This document shows positions 56,524-64,000 of a stretch of DNA of 64,000 bases, one piece after another. The first letter of the stretch is position 1; every line of letters starts with the position of its first letter. Source of the stretch: Patescibacteria group bacterium. GTDB lineage: Bacteria; Patescibacteriota; Microgenomatia; JAMCZE01. The notes under the pieces are model-generated. The model saw only the letters and a program-made list of their open reading frames with translations, was not told where the DNA came from and searched no databases. The stretch is from assembly GCA_023380635.1 (NCBI GenBank), contig JAMCRP010000002.1, positions 108,093 through 172,092 on the forward strand. The letters are read 5' to 3'. The translations under genes were made by a program, and so were the position numbers.

Positions 56524-57814
56524 TCAGGAAATCTAAAGCGACGGCCGCGGACCAAGCTTGTTGCCGGCATGAGGTCTGGCCGGACTCATTTTTGTATTCA
56601 TGAAAGTTACCGTCTACGCCTTTCGTGTAAAGCTCAATCGGGGTTTGAAAATATGATAGGGCCTTGAGACTAGCCTCTTTTAATAAACTCGCTTCTTTGG
56701 CAAATCCCCAAATCTCCAGACCCTCATGAGCCAGACCGTTTAGGACCGGCCAAAAACTGCCGTTGTGATAGGAATTTTGTCCCGGATTAAAAGTCGGCGA
56801 GAGAGTACTCATAGTCCGGATGCCGGCGTCAGGATCAAAAAGATCCGGCAGGAAAGAGCGGGAGACCAAATCGTTAACAAACTTGGCATCCAAAATGCTT
56901 TCTACTCCGTTTTCGCTGCGGTAGCTGGCCCAAAGGAGAATTAAAGGATTACCGGTCACGGTCTCGATCCGGTTTTTGGAACCGTCTAAAGCTTGAGCCG
57001 GAAAAGTATAACCTTCACTTTGAAAGAGGAATGTTTCGTTAAAGCGACGTTTTAAATTATTCGCAAAATCCCGCAACTTTTCGTCGGAAAAGTAATCGGC
57101 CCAAAGCCGCAGGGCCAGCCAGGCGTAACCCTGAACTTCCACCGGAGCAATCGGGTAAAGCGGCATAGTTCCGTCGGGCCGCAGCAGTGATTCTGAAGAG
57201 TCGGTCCACGACTGCACTGGCAGACCGCCGTGCTGACGCTTTGGCGATAAACCGTATTCCAAAAGATTGTCTTGATCCCGGTCGCCGAAATTCATCAGCC
57301 AATCCAGTCCTTTGCGAACGGCAGGCAAAACGAGCCTGGCATAATCCTCGTCATTAAAGTATTGGGCAAATCGGCGCATGGCAATTAAAGCTAAGGGGGT
57401 GGCGTCGATGGAGTCAAAATTGCGCAAAATGCCGTCGGGATAAACATACCAGGGATTAGTCTTATTGACTAAATGTTCATATTTATCCCGGCGCAATTCG
57501 TGAATAAATTTCCCCGGCTCTTCGCCGCTTTCCAGATTAATATTTTGGCCCTGTAAATTAATCAGAGTAAAAATGGCCTGGCGGCAGATAGAAAGTAATT
57601 TTTCGTCGGGCTTTTTTTCCAAACTTCGCAAGATTTTTAAGGCGGAAATGACATTATCGCGGCCGAAAAAACAATTAAAAATTTCCCCGCGGCCGGAGGC
57701 GTTTAAACCGTCGGCACTGGCGAGATCCAAAAGAGTTTGATAGGAAACCTGATAAAGTTCGGTTCTGGACATGCTGTCTGAGGCTAAGATAGCACCACTG
57801 TCAAGGGGCTTCAA
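56489..57814 (-). CDS. Amylo-alpha-1,6-glucosidase-like (alpha/alpha)6 hydrolase
   Basis: FGRD, EEPGK..HE, DATPL, QSWTDS, EVQGY, SYHNGSFWP, QAWS. Confidence 0.9.
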   Translation of the reverse strand: MKPLDSGAILASDSMSRTELYQVSYQTLLDLASADGLNASGRGEIFNCFFGRDNVISALKILRSLEKKPDEKLLSICRQAIFTLINLQGQNINLESGEEPGKFIHELRRDKYEHLVNKTNPWYVYPDGILRNFDSIDATPLALIAMRRFAQYFNDEDYARLVLPAVRKGLDWLMNFGDRDQDNLLEYGLSPKRQHGGLPVQSWTDSSESLLRPDGTMPLYPIAPVEVQGYAWLALRLWADYFSDEKLRDFANNLKRRFNETFLFQSEGYTFPAQALDGSKNRIETVTGNPLILLWASYRSENGVESILDAKFVNDLVSRSFLPDLFDPDAGIRTMSTLSPTFNPGQNSYHNGSFWPVLNGLAHEGLEIWGFAKEASLLKEASLKALSYFQTPIELYTKGVDGNFHEYKNESGQTSCRQQAWSAAVALDFLTTAIPPENPTG

Positions 57815-58860
57815 GGGGGAAGATTGAGGGAATTTTTCCTGATTATTTCTTCATATATTTTTATGTAGCCGTCTGTCATCTTTTTGCCATTAAATTTTTC
57901 CAAAGCGTATTGGCGGCAATGCTTCCGATCAATTTTGGGAAGTTTGGGGACAGCGTTAATCATGCCATCAATATCCTCAACGACAAACCCGGTCCGGCCG
58001 TTTTTGACCACTTCCGGGATTGAGCCGTTGCGAAAAGCGATGACCGGCGTGCCGCAGGCCATGCTTTCAATCATCGTCAATCCGAACGGCTCCGGCCAGG
58101 TAACCGGATGGAGAAGAGCCAGAGCCCGGCTCATTAATTTATTTCGCTCGTTTTGATCGACTTCGCCCACCCAACGCACTTGGGAAGAAAGGTTGGGGCC
58201 GATATATTCCTGAAAAAAGGGCATGTCCAGAAAGTCCAGTTTGGCAGCCATGATCAAAGGAATATTCAAAAGCTGCGACACTTCAATGGCAATATGGGCG
58301 CCTTTTTCCAAGGATAACCGTCCGACGAAAAGCAAATAGCCGTCATTTCCAGAACTAAACGGGAAATCTTTCATGTTTAAGCCGTTATAAACAACCCCGG
58401 CTTTGTTCATGTTCGGGGCCAGTTTTTCCTGCATTTTGGAGATGAAAACAAAACTAATTTTTTTGCCGAGGCGGGAATAAAATTGCTTGTTAATCGGGTC
58501 AAAAGAACCGTGCAGAGTCATGACGACCGGCGTATGCGAACAGTTAGCCGTGGGCAGGGAAAGATGGCCGTTGTGGTCGTGAATAATATCGAATTCACCC
58601 TGCCTTTCGTAGGCCACGCCGATATTAAGCATGGTCCAGTAGTTTGGGCCGTAAATATCTTTCAGGCGGGAATCGCGAATGGAGCGGGGAGTGACGGAAA
58701 CCAGCTTGGCGGAAGTGACCGAATCGCCGCTGGCAAAAAGTGTGACTTCGTGGCCGCGGCGCACCAGCTCTTCAGTTAAAGCGGAAACCACCCGTTCTGT
58801 CCCGCCGTATTTTTTCGGCGGCACCGATTCGACGATCGGGGCGATTTGCGCGATCCTCAC
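57811..58860 (-). CDS. GT4 glycosyltransferase
   Basis: VPPKKYGGTER, EPFGLTMIESMACGTPV. Confidence 0.95.
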   Translation of the reverse strand: MRIAQIAPIVESVPPKKYGGTERVVSALTEELVRRGHEVTLFASGDSVTSAKLVSVTPRSIRDSRLKDIYGPNYWTMLNIGVAYERQGEFDIIHDHNGHLSLPTANCSHTPVVMTLHGSFDPINKQFYSRLGKKISFVFISKMQEKLAPNMNKAGVVYNGLNMKDFPFSSGNDGYLLFVGRLSLEKGAHIAIEVSQLLNIPLIMAAKLDFLDMPFFQEYIGPNLSSQVRWVGEVDQNERNKLMSRALALLHPVTWPEPFGLTMIESMACGTPVIAFRNGSIPEVVKNGRTGFVVEDIDGMINAVPKLPKIDRKHCRQYALEKFNGKKMTDGYIKIYEEIIRKNSLNLPP

Positions 58861-58936
58861 ATGAATTATCTAACTCTCTGACCATAAGAATTTCATAAAT
58901 TTGGGGCAAGGAATTTAAAATATTATAATGTAATGC

Positions 58937-59317
58937 TCAGACAGTTGCGGTTCGTCCCCGGATCATCCGGGTTTCTGTCACCGATCGGGAACTGAGGATC
59001 GCGACAATAACTCCAGCGATGACATTGGCCCACTGGGCTGAAACTGTCGGGTAGCCCAAGATAAACGGCGAAGCGATCATCCACAGACCCAAAATAAAAT
59101 TAACCCAGCTTAAAAATTCTGCCTGTCGGGGAGTGGCAATCCTGATTAAGGCCAAAATTGAGACCACCGCGCCGACGATGACATTATTCCAGAGGTCGCC
59201 CACAATGGTGTTATAACCGAAAATAAACGGCGAAATAATCAGCCAGATGCCGGCCAGGACATTAATCCCGCTGACAGTTCTTTCGTGGCCTTCGTGTTTC
59301 TGTTCTTCTTTTGGCAT
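58937..59317 (-). CDS. SPW-repeat membrane protein
   Basis: Two GxWxIxSPFIxGY repeats; SD GGTGGTGA. Confidence 0.88.
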   Translation of the reverse strand: MPKEEQKHEGHERTVSGINVLAGIWLIISPFIFGYNTIVGDLWNNVIVGAVVSILALIRIATPRQAEFLSWVNFILGLWMIASPFILGYPTVSAQWANVIAGVIVAILSSRSVTETRMIRGRTATV

Positions 59318-59420
59318 ATTTTTCACCACCTTTCAATTGTTGGCAGGGTAGGCCGGCAGGCTTAATTATTGGCCAAAGCAGCGTAAGGGAAGGGCAAGAG
59401 TGCTAGAATAAATTAAACGA

Positions 59421-60233
59421 ATGAAATACTTCAAATTTAAAACGGGGACCGAAATACCGGCTCTGGGGTTTGGGACCTGGCAGTTGGAGGGGGAAAAGGT
59501 GGCGGAGCCGCTATCAATAGCTTTGGAAGTGGGTTTTAGACATATTGATACTGCTTGGATCTACGCTAACCAAAACGAAATAGGCAAGGTCCTGCAGGAC
59601 AGTAAAATACCCCGCCAGGAATTGTTTGTGACTTCCAAAGTCTGGACCACTCAGCTTCGTAAACAAGATGCCGTTAATTCCTGCAAAGAAACCTTGGAAC
59701 AGCTGCGGCTTAGTTACCTGGATCTGTTTTTAATCCATTGGCCCAATAAGGATATTCCGATTCGGGAAACCCTGGAAGCCCTGGAACAGTTAAAAGAAGA
59801 AAAATTAATCCGGGATTTCGGGGTATCGAATTTTAATATTGCCCGTCTTACGGAAGCTTTAAAATATTCTTCTGAAATAGTTGATAACCAGGTGGAGTTT
59901 CACCCGTCCTTAAATCAGAAAGAACTGAAAAGTTTCTGCGACAAAAACAATATTTTAATGACCGCGTACAGTCCCATTGCCCAGGGACAGGATCTCAAAC
60001 TGCCGGGGGTCAGCAAGTTGGCGGACAAGTATAAAAGAACCCCGTCACAAATCATTATTAACTGGCTAATTTCCAAAAATATAATTGCCATTCCCCGGTC
60101 CGGGGATCGGGAACACATTGCAGATAATTTTCACAGCCTGGATTTCCAGTTAAGCGAAGAAGATACACAAATAATTGATAATATCGGCGGCGAAAACAGG
60201 TTAGTTAATCCAAAATTTTTTATCACGGAATGA
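59421..60233 (+). CDS. Aldo/keto reductase
   Basis: GFGTW, IDTA..Y, TSK, LIHWP, GVSNF, AYSP, IPRS. Confidence 0.95.
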   Translation: MKYFKFKTGTEIPALGFGTWQLEGEKVAEPLSIALEVGFRHIDTAWIYANQNEIGKVLQDSKIPRQELFVTSKVWTTQLRKQDAVNSCKETLEQLRLSYLDLFLIHWPNKDIPIRETLEALEQLKEEKLIRDFGVSNFNIARLTEALKYSSEIVDNQVEFHPSLNQKELKSFCDKNNILMTAYSPIAQGQDLKLPGVSKLADKYKRTPSQIIINWLISKNIIAIPRSGDREHIADNFHSLDFQLSEEDTQIIDNIGGENRLVNPKFFITE

Positions 60234-60472
60234 CTTTATACTGGCAGAACTGTTTGCATAAAGGTCACATGTGCTCCTGGAACTGCAAAGAAGGCGAGCC
60301 CTGCAAAATTGATGAGATTGTCGGTCGGCCACATTCTCCGCGGGAACCGTTAACTACCGGTGAATGGGTAAAATGCATTAATATTGCCGCTAACCCCGGC
60401 CGCAGCCGGAATAATCCCGACCGTCACCGCTTTTACCCCGCTAAACTTTTAAGAACTTACACTCCAAGGTGA
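60230..60472 (+). CDS. Small Cys/His-rich hypothetical protein
   Basis: ATGA-coupled to the AKR gene; C..HMC..C..C..C. Confidence 0.55.
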   Translation: MTLYWQNCLHKGHMCSWNCKEGEPCKIDEIVGRPHSPREPLTTGEWVKCINIAANPGRSRNNPDRHRFYPAKLLRTYTPR

Positions 60473-60781
60473 AGTTGCAAACAAGGAAGAAGCCTCAGTT
60501 GAATCATAAATTACCTTTAAGAATGGCACTTGGGCTCCTATCTCGGGTAAATTAACAGCAACAGTTGAGTTTAAAGGTAGAGAGATTTCTAACCCCGAAA
60601 CTACTCCTTTAACTACTTGAGAATTTCTCGGTTGGCTAACTCCTGATCAATAAGTCCCATAATGGTCGGGAGTGAGTTACCCGAAAGGCACGCCCATGAG
60701 AGTGTCATCTTCCCGGTAGAGTATATAATCTAATTTTGACTTCAAAAGATTAGCATCCTATAATATAATATTATTTTAGAT

Positions 60782-60979
60782 ATGTTAGAGGGTAACTGGT
60801 TTGCGGAGTTTGAAGTGAAAAATATGGCGCCGGAGTACCTTTTTTGCACAGCCGGGAAAAACCCGGGAGTAAAGAAGATTGAGCGCTACTGTAAACAGGC
60901 CAATAAAAAGAACGGCTGTAAAAATCTTGCACCTTGGGAAATTATTGAAGCTAAACCAGGCGAGTTTTCGGTCGGGTAA
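60782..60979 (+). CDS. Small hypothetical protein (3 Cys)
   Basis: TTGACT and TATAAT upstream; 65 aa. Confidence 0.55.
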   Translation: MLEGNWFAEFEVKNMAPEYLFCTAGKNPGVKKIERYCKQANKKNGCKNLAPWEIIEAKPGEFSVG

Positions 60980-61035
60980 AAAATAAGATTGAGTTGAGTT
61001 GACTTGACTCTGACGGGTGGTTAGAATTGGCCATC

Positions 61036-61167
61036 GTGAACCGAACGGGAGCCGAAGCCAAAGCCAAAAGCGCCCGGCTGGCCCGGTTGGTGGCACAGGC
61101 CCAATGGCAACGGAACGCGGCCTTGCGGGAAAGATTTTCCCCAAAAAGAAGAAACATTTTACCTTGA
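61036..61167 (+). CDS. 43-aa basic helical peptide (candidate)
   Basis: TTGACT-N17-TAGAAT 8 nt before GTG; VNRTGAEAKAKSARLARLVAQAQWQRNAALRERF. Confidence 0.4.
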   Translation: MNRTGAEAKAKSARLARLVAQAQWQRNAALRERFSPKRRNILP

Positions 61168-61225
61168 AAAGGTAACGGAATTTAGGCCGGCGCAATACTG
61201 CGGAACGGGCAAGTGCAAAAACTTC

Positions 61226-61507
61226 TTACTTAGAAACCTGAGTTTCTTCATGGAGGCAACTTTCAATGCGGTCGGCACCATCAGGAGCATTTTTCTTCAG
61301 TAGTTCTTTTAAGCAAGGCCCATTGAGTTCTTTTTTTCCGGTATCGTTGTTAACGAGACCTTTACATTGGCAAGTGAGCCTGACTTCACTAATACCTAAC
61401 AGGGGGAACAGGCTGATTAACTGGAGCAGGTCATCGGGACTGAGAAGTTTCAGGTCTTCTCTGGAAATATTCACTGTTGACTTGCAGGCAACTGTTTCCT
61501 TGCCCAT
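61226..61507 (-). CDS. Small Cys-containing hypothetical protein
   Basis: 93 aa with C, CxC, C, C. Confidence 0.6.
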   Translation of the reverse strand: MGKETVACKSTVNISREDLKLLSPDDLLQLISLFPLLGISEVRLTCQCKGLVNNDTGKKELNGPCLKELLKKNAPDGADRIESCLHEETQVSK

Positions 61508-61616
61508 TTGGGCGTGAGCTTAGCACCCCGGTTTTAAATTTGCAAATAAAGATCAGTTATGAGGTAAAAGTAAGTGGGAGGCTGACAGAAATTACTGTAT
61601 AGTATAGAATAATCTC

Positions 61617-62165
61617 ATGGACGTCGGCCTTAAAGAAAGTTCGGTAATAATTGGGCAAGGGGAAAAACCCATGAGTGAGGCTGTCGAAAGAGAAATCGAG
61701 GCAACCCGCAGTCTTTTGCAGAGGGTAATTTCGGAGGAGAGCGAAGCGCGTCGCGAAATCCAACAGGCGCGCCAGACAGAGATGTTTACTCGGGCAGAAC
61801 AGCCGATTGATCCGGAAGTTTATGCCGAAAGTGTTTACTTTCGGTGGGGGGAAAAACTCAGACCAAGTGAAGCAGACTTAGCTCTTCGAAACAGGTGGTT
61901 TAAATTTTTGGGGAAGGTACCAGAAAGTATGGTGGTTCGGGATTGTAAATCAATTGAGGCAATCTTCTATGTTAACTTGGCGGAAAAAAGAACCACGCCA
62001 GTGCCTCCGGAGTGCGGAAAAATTTTCTTTACGGCCTCGCCGGAAATGCCCATATCTATTGATAAGGCTCTGATTAATCCGAAAATACTTCAGCCGCTGA
62101 TCATCAGGGCTTTTAACCTTCCGGAACGGGAACATTCCGAGTGGAAGAAGGGAAGGGATTATTAA
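61617..62165 (+). CDS. Hypothetical protein
   Basis: TAGAAT-N6-ATG; coiled-coil N-terminus. Confidence 0.7.
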   Translation: MDVGLKESSVIIGQGEKPMSEAVEREIEATRSLLQRVISEESEARREIQQARQTEMFTRAEQPIDPEVYAESVYFRWGEKLRPSEADLALRNRWFKFLGKVPESMVVRDCKSIEAIFYVNLAEKRTTPVPPECGKIFFTASPEMPISIDKALINPKILQPLIIRAFNLPEREHSEWKKGRDY

Positions 62166-62208
62166 GAGGCTTGACAAGAAACTTGTAGTCATTTTATGCT
62201 GAATATAG

Positions 62209-63006
62209 ATGAATAAACTTTTAATCCCGGCGGTGGTTGCCCTGATCGTTTTAGCTGTCGGTGGGGGCTACCTTTTTATTTCTAAAACTAGCAAACTTCC
62301 AGCCGCTCTTTCCGGCCTTCAGGTGGTCTCAGTTATTCCCAGAATTTCGGAAAAAGACCTGGTGCCTTATGTTTCTGACGCAAATGTTCGCAAAAACATG
62401 GTCGCTCAAGCCAATCAGTCAGCCTACCGCGTTACTTCGACTTCTTCCGGGAAAGGGACTACCAGCGTTATAGATATTCAACTGGTCGGAAACGATTTCC
62501 GGATTCATACTGCGGAAACGGATAATGGCAAACCGCTGTCCGAGTCTATTTCTATCGGCGACACAACTTATATTAAAGACCCTTCTGATGGAAAGTGGTG
62601 GAAGCAGACGGCAAAGCCGGATAGTCAACAACCCACCGAATTAAACCCACAGGATTTTATGCCGGACAATATGGTTAAAGAAGCCACAGCGAGTGCCGGG
62701 AAAATGAATTTTAAATTTTTGGGGATGGAAGCCTGCGGCAATTTAAATTGCTTTAAATATGAAGAGAGCTTCGCAGATACGCCGGGGGCCACAACTGTTT
62801 GGTTTGATGACAAGCAATATTTAACGCGAAAAATGGTTTCCGGCTCCGGAGAATCTTCTTTCACTCAGGAATATTCATATGGCAATATCTCGGTTAATCC
62901 GCCGTCGCCGACGAAGGATGTGCCGGAAGGGAAAAGTATTTACGAAATGCTTTACCAGCAAGGACAATCGGTTTCCGGTTCCCTCCCGGCCGGAATTTCC
63001 TATTGA
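62209..63006 (+). CDS. Membrane-anchored LolA/LppX-like fold protein
   Basis: N-terminal TM; ESISIGDTTYIK..WWK, TVWFD..YL, YGNISVNPP. Confidence 0.7.
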   Translation: MNKLLIPAVVALIVLAVGGGYLFISKTSKLPAALSGLQVVSVIPRISEKDLVPYVSDANVRKNMVAQANQSAYRVTSTSSGKGTTSVIDIQLVGNDFRIHTAETDNGKPLSESISIGDTTYIKDPSDGKWWKQTAKPDSQQPTELNPQDFMPDNMVKEATASAGKMNFKFLGMEACGNLNCFKYEESFADTPGATTVWFDDKQYLTRKMVSGSGESSFTQEYSYGNISVNPPSPTKDVPEGKSIYEMLYQQGQSVSGSLPAGISY

Positions 63007-63124
63007 GACTGACTCTTGGCTGGCTCTGATTCCCCGGAAATAGGCGCGCGTTTTATAAAATATGTTATATGGCCGTGGGGGATTAGGAGTTGCTTCTAGA
63101 CCTATAGTAAGATATAATTATATT

Positions 63125-63823
63125 ATGCTTTCAAGAACTGAAGCCGAGTCGATAGGTGCTGTCCTGACAGCAGGCCTGAACCAGGAAAAATTTAATCGGA
63201 AAGATCCTTCGTTGGATCTCTCGGCCAAAACCGTTCAGGGAATATATCAATTGATGCTGCAGGCCGAATGGCTTGAAAATCGCTCCGGCAGCGAGACTCT
63301 CGGCAGACTTTTCCTGCCTTTGCCCCCGATGGCTTATGTAAAAGCTCTTTTACCTTCGTTGATGAACAGCGAGGCGGCAAAAAGGCTGTTAGGTGTATCC
63401 CGGTTAAAAGTGTGGGAAGTGCCGAACCGGCGTCTCGAATGCGGCAGTACTGCCGACCCGCTGGCTGGCGCTAAGTCTGTCAGTGAAGGCGAAATGGTCT
63501 TGGAGTTTCCCACCGTTTCCCAAACCAAAAGGCTTGGCTTCCGGGACTTTGCTGACCGCTTGGACCTATACAAAACGGCCTATACTCTGGCTTTGCTTCC
63601 GCAGTCAGCCTGGAGGGCGGTTGATAGCCAGGAATCAGTGGTTACTCTTGAAGACTGCGCCTTATGGTTAAACGGGCAGGGAGACATAGCTATGGTTTCA
63701 CAGGTTCATCACTTGCTGACATTCGACACCCGCAGAATTGAAATTTACCCCGGTTATTTCAGCCTGAAAGACGCCAAGACCGGAAAAATGGAAAAACCTG
63801 ATCATAGTTTGTGTCATAATTAA
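63125..63823 (+). CDS. Hypothetical protein
   Basis: TATAAT-N6-ATG; ~232 aa. Confidence 0.65.
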   Translation: MLSRTEAESIGAVLTAGLNQEKFNRKDPSLDLSAKTVQGIYQLMLQAEWLENRSGSETLGRLFLPLPPMAYVKALLPSLMNSEAAKRLLGVSRLKVWEVPNRRLECGSTADPLAGAKSVSEGEMVLEFPTVSQTKRLGFRDFADRLDLYKTAYTLALLPQSAWRAVDSQESVVTLEDCALWLNGQGDIAMVSQVHHLLTFDTRRIEIYPGYFSLKDAKTGKMEKPDHSLCHN

Positions 63824-63826
63824 CTT

Positions 63827-64000
63827 ATGGAAAATTTTGAAAATCTGTCACCGGAAGAGTTAGCCTTGATACTTGGTTGGAAAGACAAGAAAACTAAAGC
63901 CAGAGAGTTCCAGGAGACTCATCAGGGAACCAGCCCGGCGCCAAAATGCCATAACTCCTTCCGGGATGATGAGACTCTTAAGGAGGGAGGGCCTCATTTT
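63827..64000 (+). CDS. Hypothetical protein (runs off window end)
   Basis: ATG 4 nt after the previous stop, open to 64000. Confidence 0.55.
   Translation, partial: MENFENLSPEELALILGWKDKKTKAREFQETHQGTSPAPKCHNSFRDDETLKEGGPHF

Noticed and set aside
1-64000. Alternative genetic code (TGA=Gly), prophage, IS, retron or DGR
   Set aside because: Conserved genes end normally at TGA (e.g. glyA) and are full length; no RT, integrase, transposase or phage structural genes were recognised.

Overview
Gene-dense chromosomal segment of a reduced-genome bacterium, most likely Patescibacteria/CPR of the Microgenomates type. The taxon is an inference from gene content (short EF-Ts, ProRS lacking the editing insertion, no pyrH between tsf and frr, many ORFans); TGA is used as stop (code 11). 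The housekeeping backbone runs ddl-murF, rpmG, three tRNAs (Thr-GGT, Tyr-GTA, Thr-TGT), rpmB, fmt/def, mreBCD-mrdA-dprA-topA, a dut-dcd-thyA-glyA-folD dTMP cluster, rpsB-tsf-frr-rseP-proS, dinB, hit-rpsU-yqeY-ybeY-dnaX-ybaB-recR and cysS. Accessory blocks are a cohesin-like/dockerin surface protein pair, an O-antigen-ligase/TIM-barrel/UbiA/PAP2 operon, a cellulose-synthase-like locus (GT2, GH8, GH5, GT-C, deacetylase) and a stress-type island with eroded genes. No CRISPR array, rRNA, transposase or integrase was seen. The most striking unexplained signals are four. (1) About 20 short degenerate 7/8/9-nt tandem-repeat tracts, some with inverted halves, plus small TCCGCC..GGCGGA-type palindromes, inserted in-frame into essential proteins, into intergenic gaps and into a tRNA remnant. 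(2) A pervasive TANNNT-N6-ATG leaderless gene architecture. (3) Three structured non-coding RNA candidates. (4) A scattered set of small Cys-rich ORFans. All calls are by eye from sequence and motifs; no database searches were run.
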